From Adineta vaga (taxonomy: Eukaryota; Animalia; Rotifera), in contig CP075496.1 in NCBI GenBank assembly GCA_021613535.1, forward strand, positions 10,540,001 through 10,604,000: a stretch of 64,000 nucleotides of DNA, read 5' to 3'. Of the stretch, positions 27,625-43,578 are shown piece after piece; positions within the stretch are counted from its first letter, which is position 1, and every line of letters begins with the position of its first letter. The notes beneath the pieces are model-generated. The model was not told the origin of the DNA, did no database searches, and was given only the letters and a program-made list of their open reading frames with translations. Made by a program: the position numbers and the translations under genes.

Positions 27625-28178
27625 AATGTGAAGTATCGTTCTAGTTCTTTTTTAATGTTTCATTCGTTTGTCATCTTTTCTTTTACTCTCTGTATATATA
27701 TATATGTATCGTTGAAAATAATTGTTCAAATAGTTATTAAAACCAAATATGTGTTTCTAATAAAAGTGATGTTATAGAAATCTTTCCACGAAAAAAGGAA
27801 ACAAATAAACGTTTTTTTCTGTATTCAATTTTTGTGAATATATATTAAATTGAAATCAAAAAATTTGATTCAACACTATAAATGATCATCAATCGATCTT
27901 TCGAACGAAAAAGATTATATACTGATCACTGTCGCCACCTGTCGTATACTAGTTTGATAGTTCGAAATCGTTCTTCCAATACATTTCATTCTCTCTCTCA
28001 TCTAGTAATGTGATGATGGTGATTCTTTTAGCTTTTACTTTGCCGAGTCTTATCATAAACTTGTAGGTGTGCTAGAGTGCCAAATTTCTTGGTGTCTTCT
28101 TATCTATTCTATTCTTCTTCATTTTTTGTCGACGATTCATTTCGAATCTAACATTATTTAGATGCTACATTCAAAACA

Positions 28179-31100
28179 ATGACGCATAATATACCAGACA
28201 ATCGCGATCTTTCCTGTTATCATGTAACAAAACATTCATGGCGTGGAAAATACAAACGAATATTTTCCATCGGTACACATGGTATCAGTACGTATGAACC
28301 ATCAACACTTGGTCTGACCAATGCCTGGCCATATGATCAAGTTGTGTCACTAACACTATCAAAGTCAGCAAATACAGCCGATAAATCGCAACAAACAATA
28401 GCAAATTCTTCACCGATTGCTGAGTTTATTCTAACATTTCGAACAAAATCAAAAAAAACTGATACAATGCGTTTTTCCAGTGAATATCGTGCAGAAATCT
28501 TAACAGATGCATTACGTTTTCAATCATTATTTAGTCATCAACAACCATTACCACAACCCAAAGTTATATCAGCTACAAAACTTCATTGGTCATCCCAACG
28601 TATACCTGTTCTTCTACGTATTCAATCAAATTGCATTGAACAAATCGATGGAAGTACAAATCGTTTCCTATGTTCATATGATTATAAAGATATTGATCAA
28701 TTAATTTCATTGACAAGTGAAGGTGATACAACTCCACGTGGATTTCTTATTCAAGATAAAAATACCGGACGATTACATGCATTTGTTACAACTGAGAGTC
28801 AAAGTATATTTCAAAATGTCGTTGATTCAGCTCATGCAAATCTTGGTGTACAAGTTCGTTTATCGAAAAAATCTTTTACACTCAATGATTATCAACAATT
28901 ACGTTTTGGTCCAAATTATACATCTGATGAGCATTTAACATCATTTGCTGAATTTATTGTTTACAAACATTCATCACGACATACCGAAAGTGTTCGTCGA
29001 TTACTTTGTTTAACGGAAACATGTTTAATTGAACGTGATCCAGCAACGTATCATATATGTACATTGAAACCATTAAATGAAATCTTTGCACTTGTAAGAC
29101 ATAAAGATTCTTTACAAGAATTTACCATTGAATATATACGAAATAATCCAACACGAGTTAGATGTAAATATACATCGACTGAACGAGATATTCTATTAGC
29201 AACATTATTAGATGGTGTACGTTCAGCTGGTAATAATGATTGTTGTGTTAAAACGAATCCAACAGATCGAGGAAAACGTTTTGCACCATTTGGACATTTA
29301 GTGGACGATGAAGTTGAAATACAACATTTGAAATTCTTAGTACAACCACCATCAGGTTAGAAAAGAAAAACAATAACAGAAATTTTCATTCTTTTTTCTT
29401 CTATATCTAGGTCGACTTTCATCGCCACAAGATGGAGCAAATTCTACGGCATCGCAAGGAAATGTTTCATTCAATGAAATTTTAAAACGATTTAATGCTA
29501 ATGTACCGTATAGTGGTTTAATCAATGCAGTTACATCAGAAGGTATAGTATCATAGACATTTTTCCCCAAAAAATAAGAGCAAAAAAGAAAAGTAATTTC
29601 TCATTAAATTCAAGTGTTACTTTCATGTTTACAATACTTGAGAAAAAAAAGAGAAAAGAAATTTTCATTAACATAAAAATTGTTCTTTCTTCTTTTTCAA
29701 GGTCTTTTTGCTGAAAAGAAAGAAAAATTAATTCATTCAGCATTAAATGCTTTACTCGATAATGATACAACTAATACAGTAGTTGATCTTGAATTTATCG
29801 AAGATCAATATCTTGCATTACGACGTTTATTAGCATCGAAAGCTGGTTTTCAAGCATTTACTCAATTATTGAAATTTCGTGAACGTATCGGAACAAAAAT
29901 CGTTCGTTCATTAAAATTAAATGATGATCAAGTTACATATTCGGCATTAGAAATGTTGAATACATTATTACAACCAATGCATTTAGATTATGATATACGA
30001 CAAGAACAATTGAATAAATCTAGTATATTATCATCGAAAAAATTTCTTGAAGGTTTATTAGATATTTTTTTAAAACATGTCAAACAAAATACAGGTTCAT
30101 TGATTATATCATCTTTTTTGGATTTTCTAACATATACCTTATGTCCACCATTTTCCGAAACAACAGGTAAACTTGTCATTTCAATCGATTGATCATTATA
30201 GGAAAGAATTTATTTCGATTTTAATTCTAGATGGACAACATTTTGATGTTCTTTTGGAATTAGTATCATCGAATGGAAGAATATTTTTTAAATTATTTCA
30301 ACATTCATCATTTACAATTGTGAAAGGAGCTGGATCGATAATGAAAGCTATTATTGAAGAAGGTTCATCAGATATTGCAGCACATATGCAAGATTTAGCA
30401 TTGAGTGAAGGTGCTCTACCAATTCATCTTCTACGAGCATTATTTACGTCATCGAATGATACAAGACTATTACCATTGAAATATCTTAGTCAACAATTAC
30501 TTGGTTTATGGTCAACTGGACATCCAACAACATATGGATTGTTGAAAAGAATATTTCCACTTGGTCTTGTTGCTTATTTAGATTCAAGTGAAGAACCGGA
30601 GAAAGATTTTGGTAAAGAAATTTACTTCAATAGTTGGCAGAATTTAATCTAATCGTTCTTTTCATTCTAGATGAATCATCTCTTCTTGGTCGTGATAATC
30701 TTCGACTTGCTACTGAACAACATGCTAATACAACAAAAAGTAATGCTCTATCTACTTCGATAATAAATACTGCTAATAAAATTCGTAATGCAACTCAAGT
30801 GAAAATTCTTGAAAATCATGTTCAAAATACGTTTCAACATTGGAGTTTAAAATTAAAACAAAATAATAAATATTCTTCTTCGGATAATACGAATTCTAGT
30901 GGAACAAATCTAACGAATAATTTAAATGATAAACAACAACCTGTAGTTCTACGTAAACCACGACAACGTATTCGGGCTGAAAAGAATTGGCGATTATTTT
31001 ATCAAAAATTTATGATGGATCATGCACGACCAACATTGATTTGGAATAATAAAACTCGAGATGAATTACGTGAAACAATCGAAAATGAAATAAGAAATTT

Positions 31101-34100
31101 TAATATTGATAAAGATCTTGGTCATGGACATTTAATATCATGGAATCATCATGAATTTGAAGTTTTATATCAATGTTTAAATGATGAAATCAAAATTGGA
31201 AGTGTCTATTTACGTCTATTATTAGAACAAGGTGAATTAACAACTAATACAGATGCTGCTTCAGGTTCGTAAGGATTGAATATTCTTGTTCTTTAATAAA
31301 TTATTTTCTTTGATTTTCAGATGCTTATAATGCATCGGAATTTTTCAATGATCTTTATCATCGTTTTCTTCTTTCACAACCAATTAATCCTAAACAAGCA
31401 GCTATGAAATCAATGTGTTTGCAAGCAATGACTATTGTCTATGCTCGTCATTATGAAAATATTGGAGCATTTAATGATACAAAACATATTATTCTTATGC
31501 TTGATCGTTCAACGGATAAATGTGAACGTGATCGTTTATTAATGTTTATTAGTAAATTAATCTTAAATCATCGAAATGTGCGAGATATAATCGATTGTGG
31601 TGGAATTAAAACTTTAATTCAATTGATGTGTTTAGCACATTTACATATCAATCGTGCACAAGTACCATTAGCTTCGAATGTCTTAGAATCATCATCAACA
31701 ATGACAAGAGAAAGTGAAAAAGAATGGTACTATGGTAAACAAGATAAAGAAAAACTTGGTCCATATAGTTTCAATGAAATTAAAGATTTATATAAAGAAG
31801 GAACATTTGATGCGAAAACACGGTATTGGGCACAAGGTAAATTTGTTCTTGAAACTGTTGAGAAAAATGTGAAGAGAATTAATTTTTGTTTTTAAATTTC
31901 ATCTTTAGGTTTGGATGGTTGGAAAACAATAGATCGTATTCCACAATTAAAATGGACTTTATTAGCTAATGGTCAATCCCTTCTGAATGATAGTGAATTA
32001 GCTGGAATGATTCTTGATATTTTAATATCAATGTGTGATTTATATCCTTCACGAGATGTTGTTACAGGTGCAATCATTCGTCCATTTCCAAAAATCAAAC
32101 GTTTATTAAATGATCCAACATGTTTACCACATTTAGTTCAATTATTATTAACATTTGATCCAAGTTTAGTCGAAAAAGTTGTAATATTACTCAATGCACT
32201 TGTTCAAGACAATCCATTACTTGCACAATTCTATATGACTGGTGTTTTCTATTTCATTTTAATGTATACTGGTTCAAATATTCTTCCAATTGGACATTTT
32301 CTGAAATATACACATTTAGCACAAGGATTTCGTTCCGATGAACAACAACAAAGTGGAGAGAAAAAAGATTTACTCTTTCGTTCAGTACTTGGTCATCTAT
32401 TACCTGAAGCAATGATTTGTTATTTGGAAAATCATGGACCTGAAAAATTCGCACAAATGTTTCTTGGTAAGTCAAAAACATGTTCACTATTTATTTTTTA
32501 TTTATATTAATTCGTCTATAGGGGAATTCGATCAACCGGAAACAATCTGGTCAAATGAAATGCGTCGTTTAATGATCGAAAAAATTGCTCTCCATTTAGG
32601 TTTGATAATTTCTAAATTCAGATATAGACGGGGAAAAACAAACATTTTCAATATATCTTTCTTCTTCTAGCTGATTATTCTCCACGTTTAATGTCAAATA
32701 TTGCAGCAATTTATTCCTATTGTACAATTCCAGTTATTGATTATCCACAATTAGAAAGTGAATTATTTTGCAATACATACTATTTACGTCATTTATGTGA
32801 TGAACAGAAGTTTCCAGAATGGCCTATACGTGAACCTATTGCATTACTTAAAGATTGTTTAAATATGTGGAAAGCTGAATTAGAGAAAAAAGGAAGTGAT
32901 ATGAGTGTAGATGAAGCATATCAAGTACTTGGTAAGATTCATTGAATTTTCAAATACATTATGAACTGTTCCTATTTTCTATTGATCGAAAAGAAATCAA
33001 AACAACTTTTCTATTTAGAAATATACAGTACGGAAATAGATTCCGATAACTTAAATGATATCAGAGGTGAACATAATTCCTAGTCTCATATAATCTGCAT
33101 GTATTCTAACTGGATAAAGGATAACAAAAGCAAATCTTGACTATTGATTCAACAAACATTTTTCATACTTTCATTATTATGTGATCTATCATTTTAGGTC
33201 TTGATATAAAAGATGGAGATTCTCCATCAACAAATGGTCCACCAAATGAATCAACGATTCGTAAGGCATACTTTCGTCTTGCTAATAAATATCATCCAGA
33301 TAAAAATCCAACTGGTCGTGATATGTTCGAACGTGTTAATAAAGCATATGAATTTCTTTGTGCTGCTTCACGTATTCAACAAGGTCCAAATGAATTCAAC
33401 ATTTATTTATTACTTAAAACTCAATCTATTCTCTATCGTCGATATAAAACTTTACTTTCCGAATATAAATATGCTGGTTATCCAATGTTAATTCGTATAC
33501 TTGAAACTGAAGCTAAAAATGATCAATTATTTTCAACAGGTAATACAACAAAAGCTACAGCATTATTACCTATTGCTATTGAATTACTCTATTATACACT
33601 TGATTGTTCGGAATTAAATTGTGAAGAATTACGTCGTGAAAATGGTTTAGAAATTTTAACACAAGTATTTCAACGTTGTTCATCAGTTATTACGAAATCA
33701 TCTAAATCCGATGATTTTGTTGTTGCTGTTTGTCAATATTCCGCATTATGTTATAGTGTTGCTGGACATTTTGAGAAATCACGTGATCTATTTGTTGATC
33801 CGGATAAACTTCAATGTGTATTAAAAGAATTATGTCATTGTTTAAATTATACACATTTAAAACAATTATGTACATGTATATGTAAAGCAGCAATGTCTTT
33901 ATGTCATTCAGATGTACGTTTAAGAGATTTATTACATCGTCATGGTTTCTTTGTTTATGCTTGCCGTGGATTATTTAATTATGATTATACATTAGATGTA
34001 AGTTTTCAAAAATAAAAAAATTTTCATGATCAAATCGATAATATTTTCTTTTAGGAAAGTGGTATTGCTGATGCAAGTAATAAACAATATGTTGATAATC

Positions 34101-36338
34101 AATTAGCATATGATTATTTACAAACACTTGCATCACTTATTCCAGAAAATCCACCTGCTTTAATGGCTGCACAAACATTCTTAACTCCATATATTGTTTC
34201 TCAATTACCAGATCGTGCTATATTGAAATTACTTAATTCAAATCAAGAACAACCTTACTTAGTTTGGGATAATTCATGTCGACAAGAATTAATGGATAAA
34301 ATGGATGAAACACGAGATTATTTAGTTAAAAATGATTACAAATTAGATATAGATAAATTTGGTAATCCATCCGAATTTCGTTTTTCAGCACATAAAAATG
34401 AATTAATTATTGGCGAAGTCTTTGTTCGAGTTTATAATTTACAACCAACGACTGTTCTCAAAGATCCGAAAAGATTCTGTTTAGATTTAATCGATTACTT
34501 AGGAACAAGTTCACAATATATCAATACATTGATGTCCATGCAAATTCAACAAGAACAACAGCAACAACAAAAATCAAATGTATGTATATATTCAAAAAGA
34601 GTCGATCATTCGTTGTTGAAATCTATCTATTTTGATTTAGGACGATAAAAAATCTGCTGAAGTTATTCAACAGGAAAAACAAGAGCATATATCTCAAGCA
34701 TTGGAAGCATTAAAAAATGTTATTCGTAATAATATTGGTACTGAAACATTATGTATTGGTCATTTTAAACTTTTATTTTCATTATTACGTATGGAAAACG
34801 TTGGTCGTTTACAACAATATGCATTAGAATTGATTCTTCATCTGAGTGGTTCAAATGAATGTGTCAATGATATATCACAATCGAATGTGATTGTTTATCT
34901 TTTACTTGTTCTACGTTCATCATTATCTCATCAAGAGACAACATTAGAGATATTAAATGCACTTGCATCGAATGGAAAAATTGTTCGAGATATTGTTGAT
35001 AGTGGTGGTCTTCTTTATCTACTTGATATTTTTTCCAATGGACAAAATTCCAATTTACGTGAACAAGCAGCTAATGTTCTAGCTAAATTAATGAGTGATC
35101 GTTTACATGGTCCACGTATACGTTTACAATTAATTAAATATCTACCTAATTTAGTTATTGATGCTATGCGTGAATCATGTGAAACATCTATACAATTATT
35201 TGAGACAACACATGAAAATCCGGAATTAATTTGGAATGATCATACACGTGAAATGACATGTGAACGTATTGGTAAACAACTAAATGAATTTTACATAAAA
35301 CAACGAATAGCACCAACGGAAACGAAATGGTCTCTTGATGATTCCTATCAATTATTAGGTGATGATGAAGAAACACAACGAATTCAACAAAATGAATTAG
35401 TAGTAGCTGGCGTTTATATTCGATTATTAATTGCTAATCCTGGTTGGATTGTTCGACGACCAAAAGAATTTCTTACTGAATTACTTAGTCGATGGACTAC
35501 ACATTCAAAGTAACTATTATTCATGATAATTAAGTGATCATGATTTCTTTTTTTTATTTTCGTAGACAACCTGAACAACTTCTTATATCACATACGGATG
35601 AATTTGAAATGTTAACACAATGTTTAATTCAATTATTACATGCTCAACCAACATTATGTGAACATTTACCATCAATCGGATTTTTACCATCAATTGTTCA
35701 AGCATTAGAATGTAAAAAGAATGATGCTATTGTTGCATCTGCTGTGAAAGTACTCTTTGCTCTATGTAAATCAGAGGTTTGTTTACAAACATTTTCAATG
35801 AAATGTCCACAAATTATTAGTGGATTTAAACAAGCTATGCAAGCAAGACGTGATCATCTTGGTACGAAATTTATAAAGATAATATTCATTGACTTTATTT
35901 TGTTTTTCTTTTACAGGACTTATATCGGAATGTTTACATGATCTATTTCGAACACCAGCTCCAGGTACACCGGATGAATTTATTAAAGAATCGTTACGTT
36001 GTCAATTGATTGAACATATTCTAACATTACTCGATCAACCATTAGCAGATGTTGAAAAACCAGGTTCTTGTAAAGCACACTTAGTTGATTCATGTAAATT
36101 AATGGCTGAATCATTAGTTTATGGTGAACAAGTATCACGTATACTTCAATCGTCAACAGTATGGAACGATTATAAAGATCAACGTCATGATCTTTTTATT
36201 CAAACATCATCCCATATGCAAGCATTAACAGGTGGATCAGTAGGACCACAAATTGCAGGTTATTTAACGTCATCAACATCGACAACAACTGCTGGAAAAC
36301 AAAACATGACTGTTCCTCCACCATTAATGGATAATTAA
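28179..36338 (+). CDS. DNAJC13: DnaJ homolog subfamily C member 13 (RME-8)
   Basis: [18 protein letters not shown]-terminus, IWN repeats ([24 protein letters not shown]), GYF-like region, J-domain KYHPDKNP, C-terminal [10 protein letters not shown]. Confidence 0.98.
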
Positions 36339-37013
36339 AATCAAAACGAGATTTTTTTCTTTCAAAATTTAGATGAATTTTTTTTCCTTCTGTGATAGAT
36401 TTTTGTTGCAATATGGATTGATTTAATTCTTCGTATCTTATTTGTATGTACTCACTGATATCATTTATTTATAATTCTTTTTTTCTTCTATCTCTCTTTC
36501 TTCTTATAAACATACATCTTATCGTATAAAACAAAACAACTTTTTTTTCTTTTCTGTATGTTCTTCTGAAAAAACCTCAACCGGTAATTCCTTTATCTTT
36601 CTATTTATGCGCGCATGTATGTGTGTGAGAGTGTGTGTGTGCTTGATTATTCAGTTTTTTTTGTTCATTCTTTGTCAGAAAACATACGTCAAAACGTGAA
36701 GAATGGTAAATTATAAAATATAATCATTATATTTGCTTCTATCGTGTGATTTACAATATAGATCAAGAGATCATTCTTTTTTTCTCTTCACATTCGAGTT
36801 TGATATCTTATGTGAGCCGAAAGAAGATTAGTAGTGACGTGAGAAATAATACTTTCATTCAATTATTCGCTAGTCTATTCCTATTTAGAGATTGGTTATA
36901 TCTTTCTACATTAAAGGATAAGCAACTAACTATATATAGTTGAGAATTGCATTTGATGAGCTCTGATATTTATATATTTTTTTAATCAAATTTTGGTATA
37001 TTATAGATATACC

Positions 37014-38640
37014 ATGGATGCAATTGTATCAGAGCCAGATCTTGTTACGAAAAAATCCAAATTAGCGTACAGTGTTGGTCATGTTCTCAATGATTTGACT
37101 GCATCTATGTGGTTTTCTTATTTACTTGTTTTCTATCATAGAATAGTAAATTTTCCCAATGCATCTGCTGGCTATTTACTATTAATTGGACAAATTGCTG
37201 ATGCTATATCTACAACATTTGTTGGTTTCGAATCGGATCGAACACGTACAGGTTTATTTCATTATGGTAGACGAAAAACTTGGCATCTTGTCGGTGTTAT
37301 TTGTGTATTTTGTTCGTTTCCATTTTGTTTTAATCTCTGTATTAAATGTCATCATAGTGATTTATGGGCACAATTTATTTATTATTCAATGTTTATTATT
37401 ATATTTCAATTTGGTTGGTCATGTTCACAAATTACGCATTTGTAAGTCTAGTATGTTGGGTGAAAATCACCGAATCAAATTTTATATTTAGAGCAATGAT
37501 TAATGAATTAACACATAAAGATGGTGAACGTGTTGCACTTAATTCTTATCGTTATGCTTGGACAGTTATATCGAATATATTTGTTTATACAATAGCTAGT
37601 ATTCTATTAGGTATACATTCAAGTACTGATGAAACAGATATCACATCAGCTGATGCACATATCTTTCGTACATTAACATTTATTGTTGTTGGTGTTGGTC
37701 TTGTTTGTATGATTGTATTTCATATGGGTTTACGAGAATCTCAACAACCAGCTGAAGAAACAGAACATCGTTTGCAATTGTCCTTAACATCTAGCGGAAG
37801 ATTGAAACGTATGACATGGAAATCATTTTTACGTGAAAAAGAATTCTATCAATGTGCTTTTATTTGGATGTGTGCGAGAGTTATTCTTAATGTAACACAG
37901 GTAAGACTTACTGAACAAATAAATGAATGTAATAAGAAAAGCAAACTTATCTTTAAGACTTTTAAACTAATATAATTTGTATGTTCTTTAAGGTGTTCTT
38001 ACCATTATATATTATTGATACAATCTCTACATTAAATCGTGTTTTTGTTGCTATTGCTCCATTATGTTCGTATGTTAGCGGTTTACTTGCATCATTTCCT
38101 ATGCGTGCAATCAACAAACGACTTGGTCGTAAACCAACCATAATTCTCGGTCTGTGTTTTACATTAGGTAGTGCCGTTTTGTTTTGGTTTATCATTGATT
38201 TCAAAGATAATCTTCGTATTCAAATTGCTCTAATATCGGCTTGTGTTTTACTTGGTATTGGGACATCCACAACCAATATATGTTCATTTTCATTGGCATC
38301 AGATTTAATTGGTTTAAATACCGAATGTGGTGCTTTTGTCTATGGTATCATGTCATTTTGTGACAAACTTGCTAATGGAATAGTAATTGCCATTATTCAA
38401 CAGTTTAATCCATGTATCTTAGCGTCAACAACAGCATGTACATCGTATTATCGATATATACTAACGTTTATTCCAATAGGTGTTGCTATTTTAACAATAC
38501 TAATGACATTAACACTGTGGAAAACAAATATTGGTGGGAATCGTCATGAAATTATCGTTGAAGGACAAACAGATGTACAAACGACGGATGTAATATCTGA
38601 TGAAAATGATTATAATGAAAGAAGTCCATTAATTGCATGA
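37014..38640 (+). CDS. MFSD12: Major facilitator superfamily domain-containing protein 12
   Basis: AYSVGHVLNDLTASMWFSYLL, GRRKTWHLVG, IFQFGW...QITHL, GAFVYGIMSFCDKLANG, C-terminal ERSPLI dileucine-type sorting motif. 3 exons. Confidence 0.95.
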
Positions 38641-39154
38641 AATATGTTTTATATTTTTGTAAGATTCGTCTAATCGATTGAACAAATTTATTTTGTATAG
38701 ATCTGAGACGAAAATTCTCCTATTTATATTTGTATTTTTTTCTATTACCATTGTGTAATTTAAACCATTCCAATACATCTGACTTAATGAAATAAATCAG
38801 ATTTTGTAGTCCTAAAGACAAATACGGCGAAACACTTTTGTTTCAATGTATTCGAAAAATGATTTATTACTTTCGATGGAAGTTTTGAAAAGTACAGATT
38901 TTTGAAGTTCTGTTCCTCCTATACCTACACACACATGTTTATTTAGATGTAGTATACGGTAGAACTCTCTGAGTGATTAACATCCATAATGATATGTAAA
39001 AAAAAATGTTTATTTTGAAAAATAAAGTTCAGATCAAAATTTCGTAATTGTCATCAAATTTTCAAATAGAGGAGATTCAAAAAACGATCACCGAGAAGAT
39101 ATAAACAGTACAAAAATAGAGAAAAAAAAGCCGAAAGACATAAACTCTTTTCTA

Positions 39155-42100
39155 TTATGTCGATTGTGGTGAAGTTAGTATCCATACTTGTTGCGTATTA
39201 GCTCGTTGTACTTCTTGTTGTTTTTTGATTTGTTTGAAAACGACATCAAGTTCTTCGTTAGTTTTTAAATGTAATTCTCTTCGGTGTAATGGACTTGTAT
39301 GTGGACTAACGTAGCCAACGACAACTTTATAAATTTTACTACCACGTTTAACTTCATACGTTGGAATAGGTGGACTTGTTCGTGGTCGGATAGGTCTTGG
39401 TTGGTTGATTTGTTGTTGAGGTTTGTCTTCGTCAATAGGAGACGACTTCAATGGTGTTGTAACATCGAAATTTCGTGGTGATGAACGAACACGAATTCGT
39501 GAGGGAGGACGATGAATAATATCGAAACGACTCAAAGGAGCATTTGGAGGAAGACGAACAGTTTCGACTGATGGTTCAGTATAGAATAGAGAATCTGTAC
39601 TAGCCATATGTTTTCTTAGATCAAATCGACATGGTGAAGAAGGTGGACGATCAGCAATTTTTAATGGAATAGGATGATGTTCAGAACATACAGTATCATC
39701 TTGACCTGAACAAAATGAAATATATCTTTCTAATCGAAAATAATCATTACTTACTTCTATCAGCTTTATAGAAGGATGATTGTTGAATTTTTTGAAATTC
39801 ATCTGGTACTAAATTTCGTTTTGCATCAAAACCACCACGGATTTGTCTTCTTAATAATTCTTTCGTTTCTGCTAATGATAAACTTTGTCCAGGATTTTCT
39901 TTATTTGATACTATTGTCACTTCTTTCTTTTTTTCTTCAATTATTTCTGGTGATGATCGTAGCGATAATGCTGATGATTGCCGTGATCGAATGCCTGCAC
40001 TTTTTTGTTTTCTTGCTGATAATAATGGTGATGTTGAAGTTTCTCTAATCGGTGGTATATCTTCTTCAAGTGTATAATCATATTTAATTGGTTCAAAATT
40101 CATTAGTATTAAACTACTCTTTGTATTTACAAGAAATCTAGAATCAATAGAAAACAGAACAATAGAATCTACTGTAATTAATTTTCAAAGGTCAAACCTA
40201 TCTGGTGTGGCTATGAGACTGGTAACTGGCTCTGAAACACTATTACCACGCATGACGCGTAAACAAAAACCACTTAATGCATTCCAAATACGTATTTTTC
40301 CATCAGCACAACCAGTTATAACTCGAAGATATAAATATTCAACACATAAAACTTCTCTATTTTTACAAACGAAAAAACAAAGAAACGTTGAGAATATATT
40401 TCATATTTTAATTACTTGGGATGACGGAGTGCACTCAAAGGTTTATTGAATGTTCCTTGTGTTGTCCATACATTCGCATAATTATCACGTGATGATGATG
40501 CTATATGCCATTTATCAAATTTAACACCTGTTATTGCTAATCGATGTCGAACACACTATTTAAAATCAATTTAAAGACATATTTTTTCACTTGTTTCAAT
40601 CATTCTATTACTTTAATAAATGTTCCAGTTAAATTATGCCAAACTTTAATTTTGCCTTGAATATCACCTGAGACTGTAACATCATCATTAATAGCAACAG
40701 CAGATACTGGATGTTTATGTTTGAAAATTCTCCATGGTCGATGACGTTTGTATCTCCATACTAAAATGTATTTTTCATAATGAAATTAATGTAAATGCAA
40801 ACATGTAGAAAAAATCAAACCTAAACAAATATTATCATTGCCACCAGCAGCAATGAAATCAAGATAAACAGCTAAACAAGTCACCGTTCGATCATGTCCA
40901 TGATATAATTTCATACAACGACCAGTTTCTAAACTCCAACATCGAACTGTTAAATCATAACTACCCTAAAGAATGAGAACAAAACCTAAATATAATATCT
41001 CATAAATATGAAGAAATTACCGTAAAAACACGTTTTTTATCTTCTTGGACAACAATACAATGAACAGATGCTGCATGTCCAACTAAAACCATGGATTTTT
41101 CTTGTGCTGATTTCATATCAATAAATCGTACTCGATTATCACGTGCTGCGATAGCTACAACACTCTCACCACTCATATGTGCTGGACGATGGCGTTCTGA
41201 ACTAGAAATATAATAGCAAAAGATCATAAAAACTCATGCATAAATAAATCAACTTCATCTTTAGAATCAAATAAAGAGCATATAAAAGAAATGGATGGCA
41301 GCACAATATCGATTGAAAAAAGAATGAAGCATATATGATCCATTGAACAATATCATAACTGAATCGTCACTTACGTTGTTCAGTTTTCAATAATTAAAGA
41401 ACTAGAATGCATTGAAAAAAATATACAATATGTTTCTATTGACATTTGACATGTAGCAAATTCGTTTCAACAAATAGTTTGTATCAAGACATGAAAAGTA
41501 TTTTTCTTTCTTTCTCCTTGAAATTCTATTAACGACATGGACATAAATACTACTTTCTAGGCATTAAATTGTTCATAAAACTTATTTTTTCTGTTTCTAT
41601 AGTAATGTCCATGAATTTTCACTTATGATGCTTCGATAATAAATGACTTACTCATCTTTTAATAAAAGTACATTGTATGGTCCACAATAAACATTTCGTT
41701 CTTCCATTAGAACTAAACGTGTTGGAATCTTAATTCCTTCATAGATTTTATTCCAATTGAATGTATTTTTATCATTTGATGATTTTTTCTTTCTTGCCAG
41801 TGTTTCATTTGTTGTTGTGCAATATAAATCTGGCACTGGTACAAGAATATCTCGTGCAAAATATGGATTGCACTGTAAAGCTGCTGAACTCTAAATAGTC
41901 AAAAGAATCATTTACAAAATCATGAATATCTCATGTTTAGATTTTATGTATAATCTAAGTATCAAACAGTGTTGTGACTGATTGAAGAAAGCCAAGTGCA
42001 AAATCTGTGTTGTCATTCAATATTCTTACACATTTTATGCACCGTAGTATCAATGGATCTTTTGTCCTATCTTTTTCTTTTCTAAATACTTTATTTTTGT

Positions 42101-43243
42101 AATTATAAAAAATAAAAGAAGAAAAATTAAATGAAAACTTACTTGTAAAAGCATCACGTCATCATAACGTAATTTTGTCATTTCAGCATCTTCATTTACT
42201 TCCATAACCATTTTTTTCCAATAAGCAGAAACAAGTTTACACTTGTCAAGTGATTGAACGTCCAACATATTTAATATTGATTTTGCAACATAGATTGGAA
42301 GTTGTCTAATAAAATCTTTATATTTTGGTATACGTTTTGATGACATGGGTAGTTCAGTATCCGAATCATTATTGTTTGATAATGGTAATGCAAATGAGAC
42401 AACACTTTTTCGATGTGTTCCTGATGGACCTGATGTTTTTGGACGTTTGAGAATAGGAACTGCTGTTGATATAATTGACATTGCTGGTTGAGTTGGAACA
42501 CTCAATGCAGATGAAAATCTTGAACGATTAGTAATATTAAGATCTGTATGATAATCTTCATCATCGGCTAGAGAATATTTTTCTTTAAAAATATCAATAA
42601 AAAAACGAGAATATCTATCTACTTACAGTCCATATCTTGTATTGAAAAGATATTGACTGCAATTGTAAAGATTAAATGTCCATCACACCATTGTAGAATA
42701 CTTAAAATAAATGAACCTTGAGAATATTTATCTTCAGTAGTAAACCAATGCATAAGTTTTGTTGCTTCTTCTTGTCTTTTGATAGGATCACTATCATGTG
42801 CTTTCTTTGTATTACCTGTTGATGGTCGTGAAACTCGATCAATTTTATTTCGTGCATATGTATAATCTATATATATATATATTTAGATTTAAAGTCAAAT
42901 GATGAATTTGTCTAAAGAACACGAAAAGAATACCTTTGGCATTAACGAATGGTTTAAGAATTTGTGATAAATGATCGAGTATATCAGGCTTAAGATGATT
43001 AATTAAAGTTAGAAGAAAACGTCGTCTTATCAGATCATTTGTTTGTAACCACCAATCTTTTGCTTCTTGTATATGAGAATCAACTAGACATGCTTTACAT
43101 TGTCCACATTGATTATGTGGTTGATCGGCTGTGCGACAAGTAACAAGAAATGCATCACGAAATGATGTCAAACCACTACGTAAAGCAGTATGTATGAAAT
43201 CGGAATCAATATTATCTTCAGATGATGTTTTCGGAGTTTCCAT
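39155..43243 (-). CDS. FBXW10: F-box/WD-repeat protein, FBXW10/CDRT1-like
   Basis: N-terminal CGQCKAC motif, F-box DFIRQLPIYVAKSILNMLD..SL.KC..VS.YW, MEERNVYCGPYNV, WD40 repeats (GHAASVHC, SYDLTVRCWSLETGRC, GHDRTVTCL, CADGKIRIWN). Confidence 0.8.
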
Positions 43244-43578
43244 GTCTAGTTAGATTCAAATATCCACATATGAGAAATATAATACAAAAGAAATACTGCC
43301 ATTTTTCTGTTCTTCAAATATGATTACCATAGTTTTTGTAAACATTGACTACCATCAGATGGCGATCAAAATCAGTTATGAATAGTAGAGTTTGATTTTT
43401 ATACATGCTATTTATAAAGTAATGAATAATTTAAACTGATTGAATTCGTTCAAAGAAGAATGTGATAATCATTCTATTTTTATTTTGAATTTAAAAAAAA
43501 ATGACATGCTTTCATATTTCATATGTTTATAAATGAAATTAGAAAAAAGAATGTTCATTTTTTGTGTTATTCATAAGT

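Noticed and set aside
39700-39810. Apparent frameshift between overlapping ORFs 39747-40103 and 39155-39802
   Set aside because: Explained by a GT-AG intron at 39706-39754 on the minus strand that restores the frame.
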